Assembly: GCA_017860575.1 (NCBI GenBank)
Contig: JAGDMS010000001.1
Coordinates: 1 to 62,439 of the forward strand
Direction: 5' to 3'
From: Deltaproteobacteria bacterium
GTDB lineage: Bacteria; Desulfobacterota; Binatia; HRBIN30
Length of the DNA: 62,439 nucleotides
Within the stretch, counting starts at the first letter, position 1; each line of letters begins with the position of its first letter. The translations under genes were made by a program, and so were the position numbers. Positions 8,176-15,846 of this stretch are shown here, one piece after another. The notes below the pieces were generated by a model. That model was not told where the DNA came from. It made no database searches and worked only from the letters and a program-made list of their open reading frames with translations.

Positions 8176-9303
8176 TCATTCCGCTGCGTCGCCCGTGAGG
8201 CGCTGCAGCCGTTCGATGGCTTCGAAGTACTCGTCCACCAATTGCCGCATGGTCGCCTTGACCGGGCGCATGGCGTTGATCTGGCCAACGATCTGTCCCG
8301 CCGGGTTGAACATTACGTCTCTGGCTTTGTCCGCGTAGCGGTGCATGCGCGCCATGGCGTCTGCGGTGACCATGCCCTGGAGCGGCATTCCCAAGGGCTT
8401 GGGCGCCTCGGGCGCCTCCCATGCCTCGGTCCAGTCGTTGCGCAGCATGCGAGCGGTCTTGCCGGTGAACGACCGCGAGCGCACGGTGTCTCGACTCCCG
8501 GCGTTGAGTAGCAGATCCTTTTGGACCGGGGTTAAATCCGACTCTTGCGTGGTCAGCCAGAGGGAGCCGGTCCACACGCCTTGTGCCCCCATGGCCAGCG
8601 CCGCCGCGATCTGCGCGCCACTGCCGATACCGCCGGCCGCAAGGACCGGGGTGGGGGCCACGGCATTGATCACCTCCGGCCACAGCACGACGCTACCGAT
8701 CTCACCGGTGTGGCCGCCCCCTTCGTATCCTTGTGCGATGACGACATCCACCCCTGCCGCCTGGTGCGCCAGCGCTTGCTTGGCGGAGCCGCACAGGGCC
8801 GCCACCAGGCGCCCGGTCTGGTGGATTTCCTGCACGATGTCCGCAGGCGGCGTCCCCAACGCATTGGCAATCAGCCGGACCTTGTCGTGCTTGAGTCCCA
8901 TGCGGAGCAGCGGCGTCGCGGTTGCTGCCGTCCACCCAAGCAGGACGTTCAATTTCTCCCCCTCCGGCAACCTCGGGACGCTATGATCCGCGAGGATCTT
9001 GTCGGCGAACGCCCGGTGTTCGGGGGGAATCATGGCATTCAGCTGCTGCTCCAGCTTTGCTGGATCCATTTCCCCTTTGCCCTCGTACTTGCCGGGGATG
9101 ACGATATCGATGCCGTAGGGCTTGTCCCCGACATGCTCATCGACCCACGTCAGCGCGGTCTCACATTGTTCCGGCAAAAAGCCGTTGAGCCCCAGAACCC
9201 CAAACCCCCCGGCCCTGCTCACCGCAGCGACAACGTCGCGGCAGTGACTGAAAGCAAAGATCGGGAACTCGATTCCCAACTTGCGGCACAGTTCGGTACG
9301 CAT
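8176..9303 (-). CDS. Nitronate monooxygenase (NMO / 2-nitropropane dioxygenase family)
   Basis: LGIEFPIFAFSH..., VIAQGYEGGGHTGEIGS and VLAAGGIGSGAQIAAALAMGAQGVWTGS are NMO FMN-barrel motifs. GAGGAGAGGAAA RBS. Confidence 0.85.
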   Translation of the reverse strand: MRTELCRKLGIEFPIFAFSHCRDVVAAVSRAGGFGVLGLNGFLPEQCETALTWVDEHVGDKPYGIDIVIPGKYEGKGEMDPAKLEQQLNAMIPPEHRAFADKILADHSVPRLPEGEKLNVLLGWTAATATPLLRMGLKHDKVRLIANALGTPPADIVQEIHQTGRLVAALCGSAKQALAHQAAGVDVVIAQGYEGGGHTGEIGSVVLWPEVINAVAPTPVLAAGGIGSGAQIAAALAMGAQGVWTGSLWLTTQESDLTPVQKDLLLNAGSRDTVRSRSFTGKTARMLRNDWTEAWEAPEAPKPLGMPLQGMVTADAMARMHRYADKARDVMFNPAGQIVGQINAMRPVKATMRQLVDEYFEAIERLQRLTGDAAE

Positions 9304-9537
9304 GCGTTTCCTCTCCTCAATTTGGGGTCAGCACCATGCTTCGACAGGTTCAGCATGAGCGGATCCCGTCGCCAATTCCACTATCCTTTTCCGGTCATCC
9401 TGATTTTGTCAAAGCGTCGACAATTCGGCAATTCGATCGCTTGTTCGGCTGGCCACCCTGTGGTAGCGCTTCGGCACCCGGATTGTCTGATCGACTTGTT
9501 GGTTCATCGAGCTTCAAAGCAGTAAAGGAGTCCCCTC

Positions 9538-9987
9538 ATGTCCGACGAGATTCTGAGCGCCGAGTTCGAGCTGGGCTTCACATACACCCGCTCGCCCGGT
9601 CCCGTCATCGGCAAGTTCCTCGCCGCCCTGCAGCAACGGCGCTTGTATGGCATCCGGGGCAGCGACGGGCGCGTGCTTTTCCCGCCAACCGAGTATGACC
9701 CGCTGACGGGCGCTGACTTGCGCGACTACGCACCCGTCGCCGAGGAGGGAGCGGTGGTGGCCTGGACCTGGGTGCGTACCCCGCGCCGCCATCATCTCCT
9801 GCGCCAACCCTTCGCCTGGGCCCTGGTCAAACTCGACGGCGCCGATACGCCGTTTCTGCATATGGTGGTCTCTGACTCCGAAGCCGACATCCACGCGGGC
9901 CTGCGCGTGAGCGTGCGCTGGGCGGACGAGCGCCGCGGTGCGATCACGGACATCGCCTGGTTCGAACCCGTCAGGAAGGAGGCGTAG
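9538..9987 (+). CDS. DUF35 OB-fold protein (thiolase-associated), zinc-ribbon cysteines absent
   Basis: The layout is typical DUF35: FLAALQQRRLYGIRGSDGRVLFPP followed by an OB-fold (ALVKLDGADTPFLHMVV...GLRVSVRW). AAGGAG RBS. Confidence 0.8.
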   Translation: MSDEILSAEFELGFTYTRSPGPVIGKFLAALQQRRLYGIRGSDGRVLFPPTEYDPLTGADLRDYAPVAEEGAVVAWTWVRTPRRHHLLRQPFAWALVKLDGADTPFLHMVVSDSEADIHAGLRVSVRWADERRGAITDIAWFEPVRKEA

Positions 9988-9990
9988 CCG

Positions 9991-10518
9991 ATGGATATCG
10001 ATCTTGAACCGGTTGCGGTGTTCGAGGCACCGATTTACCTCCGCTACCACGCCACCTCGGCGCGCGCGATTACGCCCTTCCTGCACGCGCTCAGGCGGGG
10101 CATCCTGCTCGGACACCGGTCTCCCGCCACCGGCAAGGTCTTGTTCCCGCCGTTGGGCTCCTGCCCGGAGAGCGGACAACCGACGAGCGAAGAGGTCGTC
10201 CTGGCGGACACGGGAACGATCATCAGCTTTACCACCGTGCACCTGGCAATTCCCGGTAGCAAATTGAAACCGCCGTTTACCGTCGCCAACATCATGCTCG
10301 ACGGCGCGGACCAATTCTTCAGCCACCTCGTGAGCGGTTGCGCGCTCGAGGATGTCGCCATCGGCATGCGCGTCCGTGCCAAGTGGCGACCGGCGTCCGA
10401 GTGGGGCTACAGTCTCGAGAACATCGAGTATTTTGTGCCGACCGGCGAACCGACGGTGGATATCCCCACACTCAAGGCGGAGCGCCTCAGATTGGCGCAG
10501 GAGCGCCGCCATGCGTGA
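9991..10518 (+). CDS. DUF35 OB-fold protein, second copy
   Basis: FLHALRRGILLGHRSPATGKVLFPP...FTVANIMLDGADQFFSHLV...GMRVRAKW. GGAGG RBS; the stop overlaps the next start (ATGCGTGA). Confidence 0.8.
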   Translation: MDIDLEPVAVFEAPIYLRYHATSARAITPFLHALRRGILLGHRSPATGKVLFPPLGSCPESGQPTSEEVVLADTGTIISFTTVHLAIPGSKLKPPFTVANIMLDGADQFFSHLVSGCALEDVAIGMRVRAKWRPASEWGYSLENIEYFVPTGEPTVDIPTLKAERLRLAQERRHA

Positions 10519-11566
10519 CGTCGCCATCATGGGGTACGCCCAGTCGCCGCAGGTCCGCGAGGCCCGCGGGCTCAACGAAGTCGAGATGCTCATGCCGGTG
10601 CTGCAGGCAGCCCTGGCAGACGCGCACATGACTCTGGCCGACATCGATTTCGTGTGCTCCGGCTCCTGCGACTACATCGCTGGGGGGGCGTTCTCGTTTG
10701 TCGGCGCACTAGATGCGGTCGGCGCCACGCCGTGCATGCAGGAGTCGCACGTCGAGATGGATGCCGCCTGGGCACTTTACGAGTCGTGGTTGAAGATCCA
10801 GAGCGGCCACATCAGGACGGCGCTGATTTACGGCTTTGCCAAGGCCTCCAACGGCTCGCTGCCCGACATCCTGTCGCAGCAACTCGACCCGTACTACCTG
10901 GCGCCGCTGTGGCCCGACAGCATCAGCCTGGCAGCGCTGCAGGCCAATCTTCTGCTGCAGACCGGCCGGTATGCGCAGCGCGACTTTGCCGAGGTCGTGG
11001 TCGACAGCCGCCGGCACGCACTGGCGAACCCAAACGCACAATTGAAGGGTGAGGTGACTGTCGAGGCCCTGTTGGCGGAACCGATGCTGGCGCCTCCGCT
11101 ACGCAAGCACGACTGCTGCCCCATCAGCGACGGCGCCTCGGCGATGGTGATCGCTGCAGGCGAGGTGGCGCAATCGCTCGCCGACCGGCCGGTGTACATC
11201 CGCGGCATCGATCACCGCATGGAGGTGCACCAACTCGGCCAGCGTGACCTGACCACGTCCGTCTCGACGCGGCAGGCGGCCGACCGCGCCGGCGTGGGTG
11301 AGGACAAGATCGAACTGGCGGAATTGTACGCCCCGTTCAGCCCGCAGACCCTCATCCTCCAAGAATCTTTGGGGCTCCGCCCTGACGTGGTGGTCAATCC
11401 TTCCGGCGGCCCGCTGGCAGGCCACATTTTCATGTGCGCCGGGCTGGATCGGTTTGGTGAGGCAGCACGACGGATTCGCGCGGGCACCGCCGACCGGGCG
11501 GTTGCGCATGCGACCTCCGGACCGTGCCTGCAGCACAACATGGTCGCCGTGCTGGAGGGGAAGTAA
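10511..11566 (+). CDS. Thiolase-fold protein (SCP-x/Ltp-like), canonical nucleophile Cys not evident
   Basis: In-frame ATG at 10511 gives MRDVAIMGYAQSP.... NPSGGPLAGH lies in the C-terminal half. The position where thiolases carry CxS reads HVEMDAAWAL. Confidence 0.85.
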   Translation: MRDVAIMGYAQSPQVREARGLNEVEMLMPVLQAALADAHMTLADIDFVCSGSCDYIAGGAFSFVGALDAVGATPCMQESHVEMDAAWALYESWLKIQSGHIRTALIYGFAKASNGSLPDILSQQLDPYYLAPLWPDSISLAALQANLLLQTGRYAQRDFAEVVVDSRRHALANPNAQLKGEVTVEALLAEPMLAPPLRKHDCCPISDGASAMVIAAGEVAQSLADRPVYIRGIDHRMEVHQLGQRDLTTSVSTRQAADRAGVGEDKIELAELYAPFSPQTLILQESLGLRPDVVVNPSGGPLAGHIFMCAGLDRFGEAARRIRAGTADRAVAHATSGPCLQHNMVAVLEGK

Positions 11567-11567
11567 C

Positions 11568-12731
11568 ATGGCGCATCGTGTTGCCGTCGTGGGCGTCGGA
11601 CAGACAGTTCGCTATCGGACGAAGATCAATGCCTCGCTCGCGGGCCTGGTGCGTGAGGCGGCCCTCGAGGCACTGGCCGACGCGGAGTGCACGTGGAGTG
11701 ACATCGACGCCCTGATCCTGGGTAAGGCGCCCGACATGTTCGAAGGCGTCGTCATGCCGGAGATCTACCTGGCGGAGGCGCTAGGCGGCGTGGGTAAGCC
11801 GGTCTTGCGCGTGCACACCGCTGGCAGCGTGGGGGGCTCCACCGCGATCGTGGCGGCCACACATGTGGCCAGCGGCCTGTTCAAGCGTGTGCTCACGGTC
11901 ACCTTCGAAAAGCAATCCGAATCCAACGCGCACTGGGCGCTGTCTCCGTCCCTACCTTTTCGCGCACACTTCAACTCCGGTGCGGGGGGCATGTTCGCCC
12001 CCATCCTGCGCGAGTACATCCATCGCAATCGCTGCCCGGCGGACGTTGGCTGCATGGTGGCGCTGAAAGATCGCAAGCACGCTTTGCGCAATCCGCGGGC
12101 GCATCTACAAATCAAAGATATCAGTTTGCAAATGGTGAAAGACTCGCCAATGCTGTGGGAGCCCATCCGCTTTTTGGAAACCTGTCCCTCATCGGACGGT
12201 GCTTGCGCACTCGTGCTGTGCAGCGAGGATTTGGCGGAGCGCTCGGTGCGGCCGCCCGCTTGGGTGCACGGCATGGCGATGCGCTCCGAGCCGGGATTCT
12301 ACCCCTGGCGCGAGGAAGTGTATCCCCACGCCACGCGGGAGTGCGCCAAGGATCTGTACCAGCAGGCCGGGATCCAGAACCCGCGCAAGGATTTCGACGT
12401 GGCGGAGGTCTACGTGCCGTTCTCCTGGTTCGAGCCCCTGTGGCTGGAGAACCTGGGTTTCGCCGATCGTGGCCAGGGCTGGAAGCTCACCGAGACCGGC
12501 GCCACGTCCCTGGACCAGGGCGGCGACATCCCTTGGAACTGTTCCGGCGGGGTATTGTCGTCGAACCCAATCGGCGCGTCCGGGATGATCCGCTTCGCCG
12601 AGGCGGCATTGCAGGTGCGCGGCATGGCCGGCGCCCACCAGGTGGACGGCGCGCGCAAGGCCCTGGGCCACGCTTACGGTGCCCACAATCAATTCTTCGC
12701 CATGTGGGTCGTCGCGGCCGACAAGCCGTGA
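11568..12731 (+). CDS. Thiolase-fold protein (lipid-transfer/SCP2-thiolase type), second subunit
   Basis: ATG at 11568 lies 1 nt after the previous TAA: MAHRVAVVGVGQT.... CSGGVLSSNPIGASGMIRFAEAALQVRG matches the Ltp-type C-terminal motif. The nucleophile region reads VHTAGSVGGSTAI and has no Cys. Confidence 0.85.
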   Translation: MAHRVAVVGVGQTVRYRTKINASLAGLVREAALEALADAECTWSDIDALILGKAPDMFEGVVMPEIYLAEALGGVGKPVLRVHTAGSVGGSTAIVAATHVASGLFKRVLTVTFEKQSESNAHWALSPSLPFRAHFNSGAGGMFAPILREYIHRNRCPADVGCMVALKDRKHALRNPRAHLQIKDISLQMVKDSPMLWEPIRFLETCPSSDGACALVLCSEDLAERSVRPPAWVHGMAMRSEPGFYPWREEVYPHATRECAKDLYQQAGIQNPRKDFDVAEVYVPFSWFEPLWLENLGFADRGQGWKLTETGATSLDQGGDIPWNCSGGVLSSNPIGASGMIRFAEAALQVRGMAGAHQVDGARKALGHAYGAHNQFFAMWVVAADKP

Positions 12732-12770
12732 GATGGCACCCGGCGGGACGCACGGATTAGCGGAGATTCA

Positions 12771-12800
12771 TTGACGTATCACTCGACCGTGTCGTAGCAT
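12771..12800 (+). promoter_or_regulatory. Sigma70-like promoter candidate (TTGACG-18 nt-TAGCAT)
   Basis: TTGACG at 12771-12776 and TAGCAT at 12795-12800, in the 210-nt gap ahead of the ferredoxin operon. Pattern match only. Confidence 0.3.
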
Positions 12801-12941
12801 GCAACGCGCTGGTCATCTGAACGGCGAAGCAATGAGTTACAGCGAGGGTCGTTGGGCTGTGCCCGTACCGTTCCGAGAACACGTGGAACCCTGGTCCGGT
12901 GGCAGTCGAGGACGAGTCGGTGGCTCGAAGGGAGGCCGGGA

Positions 12942-13532
12942 GTGTTGCAGGTCAAATTCATCGCTCACGTCGACCGCGCCAAGTGCAGCGGTTGCAAGCT
13001 GTGTGAGAAGGTCTGCCTGACCGACACGATCAAGGTCGTCAACAAAGTAGCTGTGGTCGACGATGACTGCCTCGGCTGCACGCGGTGCGTCGACATCTGC
13101 TGGCACGACGAGGCGGTCGTCATGGTGCCGCGACCGACTCCACGTTACGTCGGCACCGACGTCAACGAGGTCGATGCCGAGCAGGTGCGGGGGCTGTGTG
13201 CGCAGGCGCATCGGTTGCCCGGCGAACTGGTGTGCGTGTGCGCCAACACCAGTGCGGGAGAAATCGCCGCCGCCATCATCAAGGGCGCGCGATCCTTCAA
13301 GGAACTCTCGTTTGCCACCGGCGTCCTGCAGGGCTGCCAGGAGTTCTGTGTCCCGCCAATTCAGCGCATGCTCAAGGTGAAGGGCGTCGATGTCACCAAG
13401 GCCGGAGGCTTCCTGAAGTACGACCAGACGCTGTCGATGTGGGACATTCCGAAAGCGGCCCAGGAGCGCTTCGAGTACCACTTTGCGGAGGATCTCGCGC
13501 TGGCGACGAAGAGTCGGGAAGGAGGAGAGTGA
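12942..13532 (+). CDS. Ferredoxin: 2x[4Fe-4S] motifs plus BFD-like [2Fe-2S]-type segment
   Basis: GTG at 12942 follows GGGAGG. Motifs are CSGCKLCEKVC and CLGCTRCVDIC, then VCVCANTSAGEI...GCQEFC resembling a BFD-like domain. Confidence 0.75.
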   Translation: MLQVKFIAHVDRAKCSGCKLCEKVCLTDTIKVVNKVAVVDDDCLGCTRCVDICWHDEAVVMVPRPTPRYVGTDVNEVDAEQVRGLCAQAHRLPGELVCVCANTSAGEIAAAIIKGARSFKELSFATGVLQGCQEFCVPPIQRMLKVKGVDVTKAGGFLKYDQTLSMWDIPKAAQERFEYHFAEDLALATKSREGGE

Positions 13533-14971
13533 TGCTCAAGCCCGCGGTGCCGCCACCACCCTTTATCAAGTCCGCCTACGGGCCGGCACCCCGCGCGCAA
13601 CGTGCCGCCGACCTGCCGAGCTTCGCCTCGGTCGCGGTGCGCGACCTGTTTCCCGACATTGTGCCGGCGATTTATCGCGAAGAGGTCGATCTGCCCGCCA
13701 TCCGGCAGGCGACCGAGCGTGCCCTGGCCGGCGTCGACATGAGCATGATTCGGCCCGGGGATACCGTGAATGTCGCGTCGTGCGAGCACGGCTTCTCCAT
13801 CATGGGCGGCCGGCCTTACGCCGAGATGCTCAAGACCATCCGCGACGTGGTGCGCGAGCGCACAGGCTGTGAAAAGATCCGCTTGCGCGTCGGCTCGTGG
13901 CAGGGCTATCGCGAGGCGGCGGAAGGCATCGCGCAGCTCGGACTGGAGGCGCATTACGGCAAGGGGCGGGCCACCGGCTTCGGCCCGACCGACAAAGGGG
14001 TACCGATCGAAACCGCGGTCGGCACGTTTTACGGCATCCAGCGGGTGTACGATGCCACCTGGTTCATCCACGCCTATTACGATGACGCCCGCGAGATCTA
14101 CCTGCACCGCTACACCTTCCGCCCCTTCAAAGCGTTCATGATGGCGTACGCCCGCCAGGAAACCCGCGGGCTGCTGCACATGTACCCCAACCGCAGCGGC
14201 AATTTCCTCCACAAGGCGGTGTTCGAATCGCCGTTCGTGCAGCAGCGCTACGCCTTCACCTGCTTGCTGCGCTCGTCGCCGGACGGCATCACCGGGATCG
14301 AGGCCAACCGCGACCTCTACGAGATCAATCGTCACATCATCCGCGACCATCTGCGGGATTACGGCAAGATGCTCAAGCTGTTCGAATCCATCGATGAGTG
14401 CGTGCCCATCATCGACGGTGGGCGCTGGCTCTTCTACATCCCGGCCGGTGGGCTGACGTTCTGCGAGCTCCTTTACGGTACGCGCGACAATCTCGACCTG
14501 ACGAACCCCTATACCACCGCGGCATGGGACATTCGCGATCCGGATATCATGGCGTTGACGAACCCCGCGATCCGAGCCCTGGTCATCAACCAGATGTGGC
14601 GCGGGATCCCATGCGCCGGAATCACCTGGCGCTACCCGACGGCACTGGTCGGCCAGGACCTCACCGACATGTTCGACCAGGATGCGTCCAGCCCTGGCCT
14701 GGTCAGTGCCGTGATGACCATGGATACGCTCGAGCAGGCCGTGGACTGGGCGAAACAGACCGCGGGCACGGACCGTCTGATCGCCTTTGACGGTAGTTTC
14801 GGCCACATCAACTGCAGCCCTTCCATGGGAGAGTACCTCATCCGCAAGGCTCCAGAGGTGATCCGCAAGGTCGATGCGGAGCTTCCGAAATGGCTCAAGC
14901 AGCGTGGGCTGAGCCCGGAGATTCCGCCACCGTCATTTCGGCCAGCGAGCGAGGAGGCGACCGTCGCTTGA
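13532..14971 (+). CDS. Hypothetical 479-aa protein, no confidently recognisable domain
   Basis: ATG overlaps the upstream stop (TGATG) and a GGAAGGAGGAG RBS precedes it. Composition is balanced and globular (MLKPAVPPPPFIKSAYG...). The opposite-strand ORF 13361..14806 is R/A/G/H-rich shadow. Confidence 0.75.
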   Translation: MLKPAVPPPPFIKSAYGPAPRAQRAADLPSFASVAVRDLFPDIVPAIYREEVDLPAIRQATERALAGVDMSMIRPGDTVNVASCEHGFSIMGGRPYAEMLKTIRDVVRERTGCEKIRLRVGSWQGYREAAEGIAQLGLEAHYGKGRATGFGPTDKGVPIETAVGTFYGIQRVYDATWFIHAYYDDAREIYLHRYTFRPFKAFMMAYARQETRGLLHMYPNRSGNFLHKAVFESPFVQQRYAFTCLLRSSPDGITGIEANRDLYEINRHIIRDHLRDYGKMLKLFESIDECVPIIDGGRWLFYIPAGGLTFCELLYGTRDNLDLTNPYTTAAWDIRDPDIMALTNPAIRALVINQMWRGIPCAGITWRYPTALVGQDLTDMFDQDASSPGLVSAVMTMDTLEQAVDWAKQTAGTDRLIAFDGSFGHINCSPSMGEYLIRKAPEVIRKVDAELPKWLKQRGLSPEIPPPSFRPASEEATVA

Positions 14972-15846
14972 CCGCGATGCGCGTCAGCGTGCCCGACTTA
15001 CGGGACGAGATCCTCCGCAGCGTGGCGGGCAAGCAGGTGGTGGCCTGCATCATCGTCGAGGACGATGGCATCCTGGCGGAGTCCGACGCCGTGGCGAGCG
15101 AGGCGTGCCGCCTGGGACTGCGCTTGCAGCGCATCAGTACCGACGGCCCCGTGCGCCAGGGCGACGAAATCGTCCGCTTCGTCGGTAGTGCCAAGCAAAT
15201 TGCCATCGCCGAGGACGTCCTGATCGGGGTCATGGCCAAGGCATCCGGGATCGCCACCGCAGCACGGCGCTTTGTCGACCAGGCAGGCGGTCGGCCGAAG
15301 ATCGTCAGCGGCGCCTGGAAGAAGATGCCCGCGTCACAGAAGGAGAGCATCCGTCGCGCCGTGCTGCTGGGCGGCGCCTCCTGCCGGATCACCGACCGTC
15401 CCTTCGTCTATCTCGACAAGAATTACATCCGCATGCTCGGCGGCATCGTCAGCAGCCTCGCAGCTGTGGCCGGGTTCGCCGACCGCGAGAAGGTCGTCCA
15501 GCTCAAAGGCCGCTACCAGGACATTATGCAGGAGGCCGCCGAAGCGGTGGGCGCGGGCGCCGATCTCCTTCACATCGATTCGGGACGGCCCGATGACGTC
15601 AACCGCGTCAGCCAAGCCTTGCGCCAGCTCGGTCTGCGCCACCAGGTGCGCCTGGCCTTCGGCGGCAATGTGCGGCTCGAGGACCTCGACCGGTTGCGGA
15701 TGCTGGACATCGATATCTTGGATATCGGCCGCCAGATCGTGGACGCCCCACTTCTCGACATGCGGATGGAGGTGTGCGGCGTTGCCGATACGCAGGAAGC
15801 ACGCGAGGGGTGCGCGGACCATGCAGCCGTACCATCTCCTGCATAA
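14968..15846 (+). CDS. Divergent type-II phosphoribosyltransferase fold protein (QPRT / ModD-like)
   Basis: TTG at 14968 overlaps the upstream TGA (TTGA), 10 nt after GAGGAGG; ATG at 14977 is an alternative. AKASGIATAARRFV, LLGGASCR, GAGADLLHIDSG and LAFGGNVRLEDL follow the order of QPRT/ModD motifs, but the canonical substrate residues differ. Confidence 0.7.
   Translation: MTAMRVSVPDLRDEILRSVAGKQVVACIIVEDDGILAESDAVASEACRLGLRLQRISTDGPVRQGDEIVRFVGSAKQIAIAEDVLIGVMAKASGIATAARRFVDQAGGRPKIVSGAWKKMPASQKESIRRAVLLGGASCRITDRPFVYLDKNYIRMLGGIVSSLAAVAGFADREKVVQLKGRYQDIMQEAAEAVGAGADLLHIDSGRPDDVNRVSQALRQLGLRHQVRLAFGGNVRLEDLDRLRMLDIDILDIGRQIVDAPLLDMRMEVCGVADTQEAREGCADHAAVPSPA

Noticed and set aside
12843-12900. 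GGGTCGT... segment resembling the start of a ZTP (pfl) riboswitch
   Set aside because: The 3' pseudoknot half (CCGCCTGGGC-type) is absent and the downstream genes are unrelated to purine or folate metabolism.
13361-14806. 481-aa minus-strand ORF opposite the 479-aa hypothetical gene
   Set aside because: The plus frame has balanced composition (K, E, D, Y, F, I, N present), a strong RBS and start/stop coupling to its neighbours. The minus frame is R/A/G/H/V-rich and has no context.
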